A DNA stretch of 63,993 bases, filler included, from Octopus bimaculoides (GCF_001194135.2; 5 parts of 4 records of this genome joined end to end with filler, not necessarily neighbours in it), one strand, 5' to 3'. Shown: positions 41,011-54,135, counted from the first letter of the whole stretch. Made by a program: numbers and translations. The notes: a model not told the origin generated them from the sequence alone.

Positions 41011-41208
41011 CTTTTCTTTTTTACTTGTTGCAGTCATTTGACTGCGGCCATGCTGGAGCACCGCCTTTAGTCGAACAAATCGACCCCAGGACTTATACTT
41101 TGTAAGCCTAGTACTTATTCTATCGGTCTCTTTTGCCGAACCGCTAAGTTACGGGGACGTAAACACAACAGCATCGGTTGTCAAGCGATGGTGGGGGGAC
41201 AAACACAG

Positions 41209-41251
<43 letters not shown>

Positions 41252-41424
41252 TACGACGGGCTTCTTTCAGTTTCCGTCTACCAAATCCACTCACAAGGCA
41301 TTGGTCGGCCCGAGGCTATAGTAGAAAACACTTGCCCAAGGTGCCGCGCAGTGGGACTGAACCCAGAACCATGTGGTTGATAAGCAGGTAAGCAAGCTAC
41401 TTACCACACAGCCACTCCTGCGCC
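41011..41424 (-). mobile_element. Near full-length SINE family A (tRNA-like head, internal microsatellite, GGCGGTGCTCCAGCATGGCCGCAGTC tail)
   Basis: Best-preserved copy of a family with more than 10 copies in the window; all 7 core CpGs intact. Confidence 0.9.
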
Positions 41425-42212
41425 TTCTGTTGTGTTTTGTTTTATGCTAGTTATAAAATACTATTCGAAAGGCGTTAGAGAATCGAAAGGAAAAATGCTC
41501 GGTATATGTTCCGTCTCTTAACATTCTGAATTCAAATCCCATCGAGATTAAATTTGCATTTCATCCCTCCGTATATGGATAGAAATAGAGTGCCAGTCTA
41601 GTACTAAGCCCCTCCCCTCAAGTTTGCTGGCCATGTGAATAAATAAGAAATTATCATTAAAACATTTCTCTCTATACTACCATAAAACTTTTATTCCTAT
41701 TTTTGATTGTGTGTGTATGTGCGTGTTTGCGTGCGCGCACGAGAGCGTGTGTGTGCGCGTGCGTGCGCGTGCGTGGTGTCTGTACGTGCCCCTTAAAACG
41801 CACGCTCGCGCGGATACACATATGCATTAAGTGGTGCACGCCAGCTCAAGAACCCAAATAAGAATTAAATATATTTTGTTTGAATTTACTTCGAAATCAA
41901 CATATAAAATGTCACTTAGTAAATGAAATTTAAACCACCCAAAATATAATCCAAGATATAAGAAAGAACTAACAATAAAACAACCATGTTGTTTCTTTGA
42001 CTCCCCTGCCCTTTGTCAAATATGTCGGATATACGATAGGCAAGCTTTACTTAAAGAAACTATTTCTTCAAAACAACTGCAAACATGAAAACGCCACATC
42101 AACAGTCGTTTACACCATACACCCTTCTTCTTTTTATCTTTCACCATTCTGTTCAATTATATTCTTTCCTCCCTCCGTTTTTGATTTCCATTCTAAACAT
42201 TTCCATGACTTT

Positions 42213-42269
<57 letters not shown>

Positions 42270-42781
42270 NNNNNNNNNNNNNNNNNNNNNNNNNNNNNNN
42301 NNNNNNNNNNNNNNNNNNNNNNNNNNNNNNNNNNNNNNNNNNNNNNNNNNNNNNNNNNNNNNNNNNNNNNNNNNNNNNNNNNNNNNNNNNNNNNNNNNNN
42401 NNNNNNNNNNNNNNNNNNNNNNNNNNNNNNNNNNNNNNNNNNNNNNNNNNNNNNNNNNNNNNNNNNNNNNNNNNNNNNNNNNNNNNNNNNNNNNNNNNNN
42501 NNNNNNNNNNNNNNNNNNNNNNNNNNNNNNNNNNNNNNNNNNNNNNNNNNNNNNNNNNNNNNNNNNNNNNNNNNNNNNNNNNNNNNNNNNNNNNNNNNNN
42601 NNNNNNNNNNNNNNNNNNNNNNNNNNNNNNNNNNNNNNNNNNNNNNNNNNNNNNNNNNNNNNNNNNNNNNNNNNNNNNNNNNNNNNNNNNNNNNNNNNNN
42701 NNNNNNNNNNNNNNNNNNNNNNNNNNNNNNNNNNNNNNNNNNNNNNNNNNNNNNNNNNNNNNNNNNNNNNNNNNNNNNNNN

Positions 42782-42819
<38 letters not shown>

Positions 42820-43114
42820 GTCCACATACACACATATTCCACACACACTCACACACACACACACACATCCGCACGCATGCAAACTCCCAACAATTGTATA
42901 TGTCTCTATGTATGCCAATACTATTTTATTCCAAGCAGTTTATATCCTATCCCACGTTAATCCCCATGATATCAAATCACATACCCACACATACACATAA
43001 ACATACATACAAACCTATTCACGCACACTTTCATGACACGCATACTCAAAGACAAAATTAAAACAGCTTTCTACATAACACATTAGTATATATATAACCC
43101 AGATATATTGAGCC

Positions 43115-43305
43115 GACGGCTGTGCCTCTTTATGCTCGTCTGGGCAAGTAGAAATAGTAATTAAATCTTCATGAAATCACACCCTACCGTTTAAAAAGGG
43201 AATTAAAAGTGTCCTAGATATACGAAAAGACAGGATGGTCATTACTGGAATGTCTTTGATCATAAATCTACTTGAAAAGGGCTGACTTGAAGCTAAACAT
43301 AAACT
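43115..43305 (+). mobile_element. Family-D dispersed repeat
   Basis: TAGAAATAG.A.CCAAATCT..C...AAATCACACCCTAC..GAAAAGACAGGATGGTCA motif, also at ~30565-30780, 46015-46205, 52750-52960 (+) and 55135-55290 (-). Confidence 0.7.
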
Positions 43306-43494
43306 ACCCAGGCATTTATGTATGCGTTAAGAAAGTCTGCTACCACAGTACCTTTAGTTTGTCGCGCTATCGATGCATTCTATCAAATGTCTTTAGAAAG
43401 GAGAAGAGTGAGGTTGTGGAGCTTATGACCTGCCCAAACATCTAAGTTGAAAATTTTGAACACTCATAAATATTTACAGATGAACACTCATGCA

Positions 43495-43539
<45 letters not shown>

Positions 43540-43541
43540 TT

Positions 43542-43641
43542 NNNNNNNNNNNNNNNNNNNNNNNNNNNNNNNNNNNNNNNNNNNNTTAATTAATTAANNN
43601 NNNNNNNNNNNNNNNNNNNNNNNNNNNNNNNNNNNNNNNNN
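43542..43641. other. Artificial scaffold join
   Basis: N44-TTAATTAATTAA (43586-43597)-N44. Confidence 0.95.
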
Positions 43642-43672
<31 letters not shown>

Positions 43673-44868
43673 TTATCCCTCACTTGTCAACATCAGTGTC
43701 TTTACTTTAATAGATGTAATCTGTAATAAGTTTTGCTTTTGGTGTTGAAATACATGTTGGGTTTGGGATGTTAGGTTGTTAAGGTAACTTAGGATTATAA
43801 AAGCTCTATTGCTGGTTCCCCCCCCCCCGACAATCCCCACCATGGGGGCAACAGAGGAAATACATTAACTATCCATGCTCCAAAGGAACCAGTGGGCTTC
43901 TTGCTGATTCCTTCATTGCATTTTCTATCAGTGACAGCTTGTATTTCACATTTTCCAGTTTGTCTGTCTGTCACTTCGACATACCAAACAATAATAGTTA
44001 CAGTGTCAAACAGATTTCTGTTTATATATCTTCTCTGTGTTAGTCTGTTTGCTTGCTTGTTTGTTTGTTCATTCTATTGTCTTTTCTTCTTGTTTTTTTT
44101 TGTTTTCTAATTTTTTTTTTCCTTCTTCCCTTTTTGGTTAGTAACACTGCCACCATTACCACCATTACTGGCACCATCACAATCATTATAGCACCATTTA
44201 CCATTATCCATTACTATCGCTGTTATCTACATACACACAGTTGTTACTGACATTACTCCAATTACTACGGCAAATAATATCACTACTGATCCCTACCGTC
44301 ACCAACCATGCCAGCAACACTACCACCATCACAATCATTATCATATGGGCTATGAAAGTGAGGTATAGGGGTACATAAGGTGGGGGCAGGGGTAAGAATT
44401 TCCCTGAGATCTCAGAAAACGTTTGCATTTATTGAAAACTGCCATTCACAGAAGAGAAGGAATCCCCTTCACCACCAATATAACATTGTATACCCCACTA
44501 CCAAAAAAATTCTCTGAGATATTGCATTCACCTTTTTCATACAGTTTGTGACTGTCACCATTAATTTTACTTCCCCAAGCCATCATCATCATGCCAGAAT
44601 TGTTACATGCTTAGCAGCATTCCTTCTGACTTTACATTCTGAGTTCAAATTCCGTCGAGGTCAACTTTGCCTTTCATGCTTTTGGGGTCGATAACTTAAG
44701 TACCAGTGTAATACTGGGGTCAATGTAATCAACTCATCCCCTCCCCCCAAAATGGCTGCCCTTGTGTCAAAGTTTGAAACCATTATTATTATAGTTCTAT
44801 ATTTAAGAGATGAGGAATTATGTACATTATTTACATTTGACGGATATTTGTCCTCATCTTGTTTGTTG

Positions 44869-44915
44869 TTAACACGTTTCAGCTGATATACCCTCCAGCC
44901 TTCTTCAGGTATCTT
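44869..44915 (-). ncRNA. Degenerate minimal type-I hammerhead ribozyme-like motif (Penelope type)
   Basis: Minus strand AAGAUAC-CUGAAGA-A-GGCUG-gagggUAUAU-CAGCU-GAAACGU-GUU shows both catalytic boxes, a 5-bp stem II and a palindromic ACGU stem III. The cleavage-site nucleotide is G, so this copy is probably inactive. Confidence 0.5.
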
Positions 44916-44984
44916 GGAGAAATTTTGAACCTGGGTTCTCATTCCTAAGGTATTTTTTGATATTATTATTATTATTATTATTAT

Positions 44985-45064
44985 GCCATGGGCATATGGC
45001 ATAGTGGTTAAGAGCGTGGGCTACTAACCCCAAGATTCCGAGTCCGATTCCAGGCAGTGACGTG
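44985..45064 (+). mobile_element. tRNA-like SINE head (about 80 nt) followed by (AAT)n
   Basis: A box TGGCATAGTGG (44997-45007), anticodon-like arm GGG-CTACTAA-CCC, degenerate B box GAGTCCGATTCC (45040-45051). No acceptor stem or CCA. Confidence 0.7.
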
Positions 45065-45077
45065 AATAATAATAATA

Positions 45078-45116
<39 letters not shown>

Positions 45117-45584
45117 GCAGAATCATTACATGCTTAACAGCATTTTTTCCAGCTTTATATTCTGAATTCAAATTCCACCAAGGTTGACTTTACTTTTTTC
45201 ATCGTTTCAGGGTCGATAAAATAAGTACCAGTTGAACACTGGGATCGGTGTAATCTACTCATCCTCTCCCCCAAAATTGCTGCCCTTGTGGCAAAATTTG
45301 AAACCATTATTATTATTATATTGAAAAGGCAGCAATCTGGCAGAAAGGTGCTAGGCAGCAGCATTTTGCCCATCTTTACAGTCTGAGCTCAAATCTCACT
45401 GAGGTTAAATTTGCCTTTCGTCCTTTCAGGGTTGATGAAATAAGGACCAGTTGATCACTGGGGTCAATGACTTACCCCCTCCCACAAACTTGCTGCCCTT
45501 GTGCCAAAATTTGAACCATTATTATTATTATTGTTATTATTACTATTATTGTTATGATTACTATTATTGTTATGATTACTATTA

Positions 45585-45627
<43 letters not shown>

Positions 45628-46438
45628 CATTTCATTCGTCTTCATGTTCTGAGTTCAAATTCCACCGGGGTCGACCTTACCTTGCCTCCTTTTGGGGTTG
45701 ATAAAATAAGTACTAGTTGTGTAAGTCAATGTAAGTGACTTACCGCTACCCAAATTTCAGGCCCTGTGCCTATAGTAGAAAGGGTTGTTATTATTATTAT
45801 TATTATATCATCATCACTTACTTTCAACCAATGCTTTCTTTATCTTCTATTCATCATTATTGCTGTGTCTATCATTCACCATTAACTACCTACTTTCACC
45901 ACTGTCATCATTATCATCCACAGACTTCACTATCATTACTTACTACTACTGCTGCCTCCCTCTCCACCATCACTATTACTCCTATTTCTGTTTTTATCAC
46001 TAGCCAATGAGGAGGAGACTGCTAGAAATAGTAGCCAAATCTCCTTCAAACCATATTGTACCCTCTTAAAAACAAAAGACACATTGGATAAAATGTAGTC
46101 TTAAAAGCTCTACGTCTCAAACAAAAAGCAATAAAAGATTGTCTCTAGAATACATTTGATTATAGCTCTGCTGAATCAAAGTGACCTGGGGCTTAACGAC
46201 AACTGCAGCAGTGACAGCTACAGTAGACACTGCATTATGATTATTGATGTCACCATCCATATCAAACTGATCATTATTTCATACATCATTACTCTTGTGA
46301 TCACCAAGCCCTACATTTACCATCACCACCTCTACCACCACCACCAACATCACTGCCAACAACAACACCATTACCACCATCATCACCACCACCACTTCTT
46401 CCAGTTTTATTCACCTTTTGATTTATTCTGTATTTCAG

Positions 46439-46472
46439 ATGGACAGCTCTGGTTATTTATCAAATACTGTTG
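46439..46472 (+). other. Candidate 34-nt micro-exon of an unidentified host gene
   Basis: Pyrimidine-rich acceptor TTTTGATTTATTCTGTATTTCAG| and consensus donor TTG|GTAAGT around non-repetitive sequence that is open in all three frames. No homology recognised. Confidence 0.35.
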
Positions 46473-46537
46473 GTAAGTCGCTAAACTCTTTAACATTGTT
46501 CTTTAATGTTTTCAGTTTTTGTATATTGATGTGCAAT

Positions 46538-46575
<38 letters not shown>

Positions 46576-46892
46576 TATCATTATTGTTTTAATGTACACT
46601 TTTCCATGCTGGCATGGGTCAGACGAAGTTTGTTGAGGCAGATTTTCTGCTGTTGGATGCCTTTCCTGTTGCCAACCCTTGTATGTTTTCAAGTATTATT
46701 TTCCCTAGTCCTTTAAACCCAAACAGCTCAGTGGCCAGGCTTGACTTCATGAAGCATTGCAAACAAACAACATTGAATTTACTTGTGTGATGATAATGCT
46801 CATTTACAACTACACACACACACACACAGTCATCCATCCATGCTGTCATGGAAAACAAATATTAAAGAATGGTGGTGATGATCAGATATATA

Positions 46893-47022
46893 TAGGCACA
46901 GGTATTGTGTGCTTCAGAAGCTTACTTCCTAACCACATGGTTTCAGGTTCAGTCCCACTGCATGACACCTTGGGTAAGTGTCTTCTACTATATCCCAAGA
47001 GTAACCCAAGCCTTGTAAGTGG
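46893..47022 (+). mobile_element. SINE family A head fragment
   Basis: AACCACATGGTTTCAGGTTCAGTCCCACTGCATGACACCTTGGGTAAGTGTCTTCTACTAT. Similar partial heads at ~37425-37555, 39240-39370, 55470-55600 and 57090-57250. Confidence 0.75.
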
Positions 47023-47409
47023 CATGAAATCATTTTTAATATTCTGACCAGTAACATGCCATAGCCACTGATATACTGTTTGACAATATAAAAATATAAC
47101 TGCTCTAGTTCTCTTTTAGACTATGATTTTTTTTCTGGCATACGGACAACAAACTAACTAATAATAATAATATAGGTAAAATAGTACAAATGGAGCTAAG
47201 GGAATAAGAGACAGCTATTTGGACAACATGAGATTTCACAGCAGTAGATAAAAATTCCAAAAGGGATGGACAAAATGTGAGCAGAGATAAATAAATAAAT
47301 AAAATGAACATAAAAGCTTGTGCACAGTGTCTTTTATGCTTTGGAAAGGGAAAGAAGTAGGCTAGGGATTCAGGTGAACATGTCACATGCACACGCGCAC
47401 ACACACACA

Positions 47410-47481
<72 letters not shown>

Positions 47482-48232
47482 TGTATGTATGGTGCTGGTG
47501 CCAAGTAAAAAGCACTGGTGATGGTGCCACGTAAAAAGCACCCCGTAAACTCTTGAGTGGTTGGTGTTAGGAAGAACATCCAGCTGTAGAAACCAAGTCA
47601 AAACAGACTATGGAACCTAGTGCGACCCGTGACCTTGCCAGTTCTTGTCAAGCTATCCAATCCATGCCAGCATAGAAAATGGATGTTAAATGTAGTTGAT
47701 GATGATGATGTAGTAGCTTGTAGTAGTATTAGTAGTAGTAGTACTATTCCCTTCTGTAGAAGAGTGTTAGTTAAAAAATGTCAGACTTTTTCATTTTCCC
47801 TAAGCTTCAAACTAATGTATCTTGTTGTTGTTCTCTCACCTGTCTGTCTTGTTTTTGCTTTTTGTACAATTTTGAACCATATATATGTATATATTTACGT
47901 ATGTATGTACATGTCTTCTCTTCCTGATTGGAATTAGAGTTTATTTTGATGAATAACCTGCTTAGTGACAAAGCAGTAAAGAAAACAAAAAAATATCAAT
48001 GGTATCGTGTTCTTTTCATTACACCTTACACACAACCATTCATCCCTTAAATTTTATGAAGTTCTTGCAGATTTTTATTCTCCCAGACATGGTAATTACC
48101 TGCAGCATATAAATTATGGACTTACATTCAGTCTCCAACTTCAGCTATACTTTGATTCATATATGTTCATATGTAACTGGTCACTTAAAGAGTAACAGGT
48201 ATAAAGATGAAAGAATATTTTGGATAGTGAAC

Positions 48233-48274
<42 letters not shown>

Positions 48275-48574
48275 TCTGTATTTATGTTCTTCACAGAATT
48301 CAAGCCAGTCACTAATAAAATGACAAGACATATTTTTTTTTTCATAATCAAGATAATTCCAGGTGTTTATGAGTATATGAGTGAGACAGTGTGTGCATAC
48401 TTGTTGATGTATATTTGTATGTACCTGTATTTATGTAATGGGTGCATGTATGTCTCTTTAGTGCATGTTCGTGTGAGTGCATGTGTGTGTGAGCATTTGT
48501 AGTGTGTGTATAGTGATTATTCTCGATGTACCTGTATGCATATGCCATATCTACATATGTGATTGGTACATATG

Positions 48575-48945
48575 TTTATTCTAGAAACCTCAAAGGGAAA
48601 AATCTTTGGAATGTTTTACTAATGTTCACTGTACCACTAATCAATTTTATTTGAAGGATGGGAATCAATTTGCTTGCTTTTCAGGCTTTTATGCAAATTT
48701 GTTGTTATATAGCCCTTTGCACTGTGATAATAGGAACCAATGATAATCTATACAAAAACTGTAAGTTCCACTGTAGTTCATCATGATGTTCTCTTTTTCC
48801 ACTGCTTCTGCTGGGCAGCAACCGATCTCTACAACAGTGCATGACTTCTGTTTCCTGTCCCACACAACATCAGGTGTGTTGTGTTTGCCCTGAATTGTTA
48901 TTTTTATTGGAATTCTCCCCCAGTATTCTGTTTGGTGACCTCACT
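48575..48945 (-). mobile_element. Old REL-type LINE 3' fragment (R4/Dong-like or related), lineage 4
   Basis: Not in the ORF track. Minus strand reads TEYWGRIPIKITIQGKHNTPDVVWDRKQKSCTVVEIGCCPAE (PD..E endonuclease motif), then frameshifted NLQFLY..LVPII..GYITTNL and LQIKLISGTVNISKTF. Confidence 0.65.
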
Positions 48946-49207
48946 GCTGGTGGTGGTACATGCAAAGTACCAAGTGCACTCTGTAAAGTGGTTGGTGTTA
49001 GGAAGGGCATCAAACCATAGAAACCATGCCAAAGCTGACAGTGTGCTTGATGTAGTCTTCTGACTTGCTCCTGTCATCTAATCCATGACAGCATATATTA
49101 AGAAGTTTTAAATCATCATCTGTTGTCCTCAGAGTGTTATTGTTCTTGGAGGGTCATTGTCCATGAGGGGGGTGGTTAATGTTCTAGACTCGTGTGTGTA
49201 TGTGTAT

Positions 49208-49516
49208 GAAGGTGCATGGTCAAGTGATTAAGGTATTCAGCTCAAGGTCGTAAGGTTGTGACCTTGATACTGGTGACACATTGTGTCCTTAAGCAAGACA
49301 CTCTATTTCATTTTGCTCCACTTCACTCAGATGGAAAAAATGAGTTGCATCTATATTTCAAAGAGCCAGCTATGTCACATTCTGTGTCACGCTGAATCTC
49401 CATCAGATCTACATGAAGGGTATGCGTGTCTATGGAGTGCTCGTTAAATTTATAAGCAGGCTGTTCTGTTAATCGGATTAACTGGAACTCTTGTCACCAT
49501 AACCGACAGAGTGCCA
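49208..49516 (+). mobile_element. tRNA-derived SINE, same type as 40652-40964, CpG-decayed
   Basis: Collinear similarity to 40652-40964 in opposite orientation. Confidence 0.8.
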
Positions 49517-50404
49517 GTGTATGTGTGTGTGTGTGTTTCCTGGTCTTGATATCATACAATACTTGTAAATACGCACTACCATCATACAAGGAGTGTCCTT
49601 CATTTCTAACCTGGCACAAAGATTTGTGCAGCTATGACAAAATATTAACTTGCTTAGAAACAGGTAAAAGTTGGTAAGAGAAAAGGCATCCAGCCGTAGA
49701 AAATCTGTCTCAGTGAATTCTGCTTGACCTAAGCAAGCATGAACAAGTGGGCATTAACATGATGTAGATGATACTATATGACTGTAATATACTACTGTAT
49801 TAATTATTTGACCCTATGGCAGTATATATGCAAGACGTCTGCGTCAACAACCAAAGTCAGAAATGACATTTTAGTTTAACCAATAACACAAGTTATTGTG
49901 AAACATTATAAATTACAATGCATTGGGAAAAGTTAGAAGAGAAAAATATTTTTACAAAATCTTTTATTCAATCCATGTGCATATGTATACACACACACAC
50001 ACACACACATAGTATATGAATTTATATATGTACACATGTGAAGCAGTTTTTGAATATACATATACCACTTACATGCATCTGTGTGTGTGTGTGTGTGTAT
50101 ATATATGTATGTATATGTGTGAATATGTGTATGGTTGGATAGTGTACTTGTTCATGTGCATTTGAATGGGGTATACATGTTTAATGCTTGAATATATATA
50201 GTTTCACTCTCATATATATATGTATGTACATACATAGATATATATATGTGTGTGTGTGTGTACATATACACAAATATTCACACACACATGAACACAGGCT
50301 TATGCTTCTTTAAGTGTACAGGCACAACACTACAATTTAATATATATATGCTGTATGCACAAACATACATGGATATGCACACATAGACACATATATTAGA
50401 TTGT

Positions 50405-50444
<40 letters not shown>

Positions 50445-50604
50445 ATTTTCTTTAATGGTTTTGTTAGATGAAGAACTCCACCCATGACCTTTTAAAGGAC
50501 CTCAGAGACTTTGGCAAAAGAAGTGGGAGGGAAATTATTTTCAGATTGGAAACGTGGCCCAAATGTTTGCAGCAGATTGGACTCTGCTAAAGAATTGACA
50601 TACA

Positions 50605-50643
<39 letters not shown>

Positions 50644-50801
50644 GAAGAAAAAACATGTGAGACGGTTTATATTTAATGTCTCCTGTTCTGTTTTCTGTAT
50701 GTACTCTGTGACATATCCAACTGTGGATTCAACAAAATGATATGAGTCCTCCCAGGAATAGACTTGGAGTTTTGTTGTCATGCAATTAAAGTTTTAGATC
50801 A

Positions 50802-50845
<44 letters not shown>

Positions 50846-51081
50846 TCTTTTTCTCATTTATTCTTTTACTTGTTTGTCATTTGACTGCGGCCATGCTGGA
50901 GCACTGCCTTTAGTCAAGCAAATCGATCCCAGGACATTCTTTGTAAGCCTAGTTCTTATTCTATTGGTTTCTTTTGCCAAACCGCTAAGTTACGGGGATG
51001 TAAACACATCAGCACCGGTTGTCAAGCGATGTTGTGGGGGGACAAACACAGGCACACAAACATATACACACACACATATGT

Positions 51082-51151
<70 letters not shown>

Positions 51152-51300
51152 AGGCTTCTTTCAGTTTCCGTCTACCAAATTCACTCACAAGGATTTTGTC
51201 AGCCTGAGGCTATAGTAGAAGACACTTGTCCAATGTGCCACACAGTGGGACTGAACCTGGAACCATGTGGTTCACAAGCTACTTACCACACAGCTACTCC
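50846..51300 (-). mobile_element. SINE family A
   Basis: Full head-to-tail similarity, with an expanded internal (TA)n. Confidence 0.88.
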
Positions 51301-51397
51301 TTATATATAAGTCCAATCCATACTAGCATGGAAAGCAGACATTAAATCATGATATATGTGTGTGTGTGTGTGTGTGTGTGAACGTACATACATAGAT

Positions 51398-51765
51398 CTT
51401 TTATCTTTTACTTGTTTCAGTCACTGGACTGCGGCCATGCTGGGTCACTGCCTTGAAGAACTTTTAGGCAAATGAATTGACCTCAGAACTTGTTTTTTGT
51501 TTTATTTTAAGCTTGGTATTTATTCTATTAGTCTTTTTTGCCACACTACTTAATTGCAGTGGTGGGGAACAAACAAACAAATACACACACACACACACAT
51601 ACATATATATATGATGGACTTGTTTCATCTACTGAATCCACTCAAAAGACTTTGGTTGGCCTGAGGATATAGTAGAAGACACTTGATCAAGGTACCACAT
51701 AGTGGGACTGAACCCGGAACCATGTGGTTAGGAAGCAAATTTCTTATGTACCCATGCCTGCATCT
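51398..51765 (-). mobile_element. SINE family A, older copy
   Basis: Tail and head motifs are recognisable; partial internal deletion. Confidence 0.8.
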
Positions 51766-51804
51766 GTATGTATGTATGTGTGTGTCTGTGTGTGTGTGTA
51801 TAAC

Positions 51805-51836
<32 letters not shown>

Positions 51837-53940
51837 CACACTATTAAATAGGTAGATAAGTAGATGATTTGGCATTCGTTAGAGTTTTGGATATAACACC
51901 TATTCATTCTGGCCTTCTGTGCTCAGGGTTCAAATTTGCCCTTCAGCTCTTCAAAATCAGTGAAGCACCAGACCAGCAGTAACGTTGACTCCTTTTTACC
52001 CCCACTGTCTCTCTGTCTCTCTCTTTAACATGGGAACAAATTTGTTGCGTTTTGATTGGGAAAGGAACTCCACTAGATTTAGATGCCTACAGTATGCTGT
52101 TTGTCACGACAATGTCTCTTATGGTTTTACTTGGAGGAGTTCAAGGCTCAAGGAAGGATGTGTGTGTGTGTGTATTTATGTATGGCAAAGTGGATGTCAA
52201 AATGACACTAATGATTGATTTGTATATGTGCATATGTTGTTTGTGTGCATGTATAAATATATATATGTATGTATATGCTGAGCTAGCTACTGTGTGCTTT
52301 AATCTCGCTACATGTGTTTGCCAATGCAACAACATTATTAATTTTGTATAATACACTATAGGGAAAACAATTGAAAACATTTTGGAAGCATTAAATCAAT
52401 ATTTACTTTTCTGTTTAATTAATGACTGTGTGTATTTTTTGTTTTTGTATAATTCTCCCCACCGCCTCTCTCTCTTTCTCTCTCCGTGTCTCACTTTGTT
52501 TTACTTTTACCATTTTTATCATCAGTAATGAAATTTTTCAATTTACTCATGAATATGAATAATAATAAGGATGGTAATAATTGTTTCTTTATATACCATT
52601 ACAGCGATGGACAAGGAGATATTACAAGGACAGAATTAAAAATTAAAAAAAAAAGACATAGTGGAGGGGTTGCTTACATAAAATCACATAGGAGAAAACA
52701 GGCATGTAAAACAACAGTATACAAGGGAAATTAAATAAGTTTTCCCAACAAGAGCACAGCTATCTAGAATCGTTCAAGGAATCCTGTGGATCCAGAACTA
52801 CCAAGACTAGAAGTGGCAAGTGCCCTCTCCTAGCTGTGTTCTGCAGCTTACAAGCACGGTTTGAGAGTGGAACCATTCACTTAGATCTTACTCATCACTT
52901 TCACCTTCCCTTCATCAAATGAGCACTGGAGGAAGCCTTTATGTGGTTGCTTGAAATAGTAGTCAAACCTCTCTCATATCACATCTGCTTCTGCCCTCAC
53001 ATTCTTGCAATCTACTCACCCACTTGTCACCATTCGTCTGTTCTCACATCATTCCTCTGTCTACTGCATTATTACCATTCTGTACTTTGCAGCATCCCCT
53101 ACTTGCCCCAACTGATATGTATCATTAATCATCTCCCCTACTCTTGTCCACCATCCACTACAACCATCTCTCAGCCTTTATGGTCATCACTTACTCTTCT
53201 CTACCTTCCCTCCAATGTATTTATCATAGACCACGCCTCAACTTCTGTTCTTCAATCATTATATTCACTTGTCAACCATTTCTCATCTCTAACCAGCCCT
53301 CACTCTCCCTATACACCCTTAGAATCTCTTTTCTTCTGTCCTCACTCACTCACTTCTATTCACTATATACCCGGAGGATCTACCCTCACACTTTATAACC
53401 ACTATTTTATCTCTCTCTCCAGTTTCACTTCGGTTCCCAGTCATCCTTTTATAACACAAGTTGCCACATATCTCCTCATGTAGCAGGAAACATGTTCTGT
53501 TACCTTAGCAGCTCATATTCTAACACAAAGCTACTTCCCTCTCTACTGTTACTCCACAGAGAGGTTCTCAGTCTTGTGAGCTGTATGGCAACCTCAATCA
53601 TGATGGTGTCATGAAAAATGCACCCAGCATATGAAAAGTAGCTGGAATTAGAAAGGTCATCTAGTCATAGAAACCACGCCTAAGCAGACAATGGAGCTTG
53701 ATGTAGTCCTTAGACCTGTTGGATCCTGTCAAGCTGTTCAACCCATACTAGCAATGAAAATGGACAGTAAATGATGATGATGATGTAAGCTGTGGAAATT
53801 GAATCCAAAACCATTTGTTGTGAATCGAAATTAATGCATAACCATTCCAATATGTATTTGTGTGTATATGTTATGAATATGTGTAAATATGAAATTGTAT
53901 ATGTAAATGTGTGTGTTAGTATTTGTTAGTATTATAAGTA

Positions 53941-54070
<130 letters not shown>

Positions 54071-54103
54071 TCATACACACACGTGCACACACACGCACGC
54101 ATG

Positions 54104-54135
<32 letters not shown>

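Larger units (their letters stand above)
44592..45786 (+). mobile_element. Cluster of four co-oriented family-C SINE copies separated by (ATT)n
   Basis: Copies at ~44592-44782, 45116-45305, 45321-45518 and 45629-45786 share TTCTGAGTTCAAATTCC..GAGGT..ACTTTGCCTTTCAT..GGGTCGATAAAATAAGTACCAG. Confidence 0.85.

Noticed and set aside
44985-45064. Functional tRNA gene (ACT anticodon)
   Set aside because: No acceptor stem, a mutated B box, no long variable arm for Ser, and an (AAT)n tail; this is a SINE head.
52941-53483. 180-aa ORF in a pyrimidine-rich tract
   Set aside because: Compositionally biased with no motif; possibly a very old LINE remnant on the minus strand, but not assignable.
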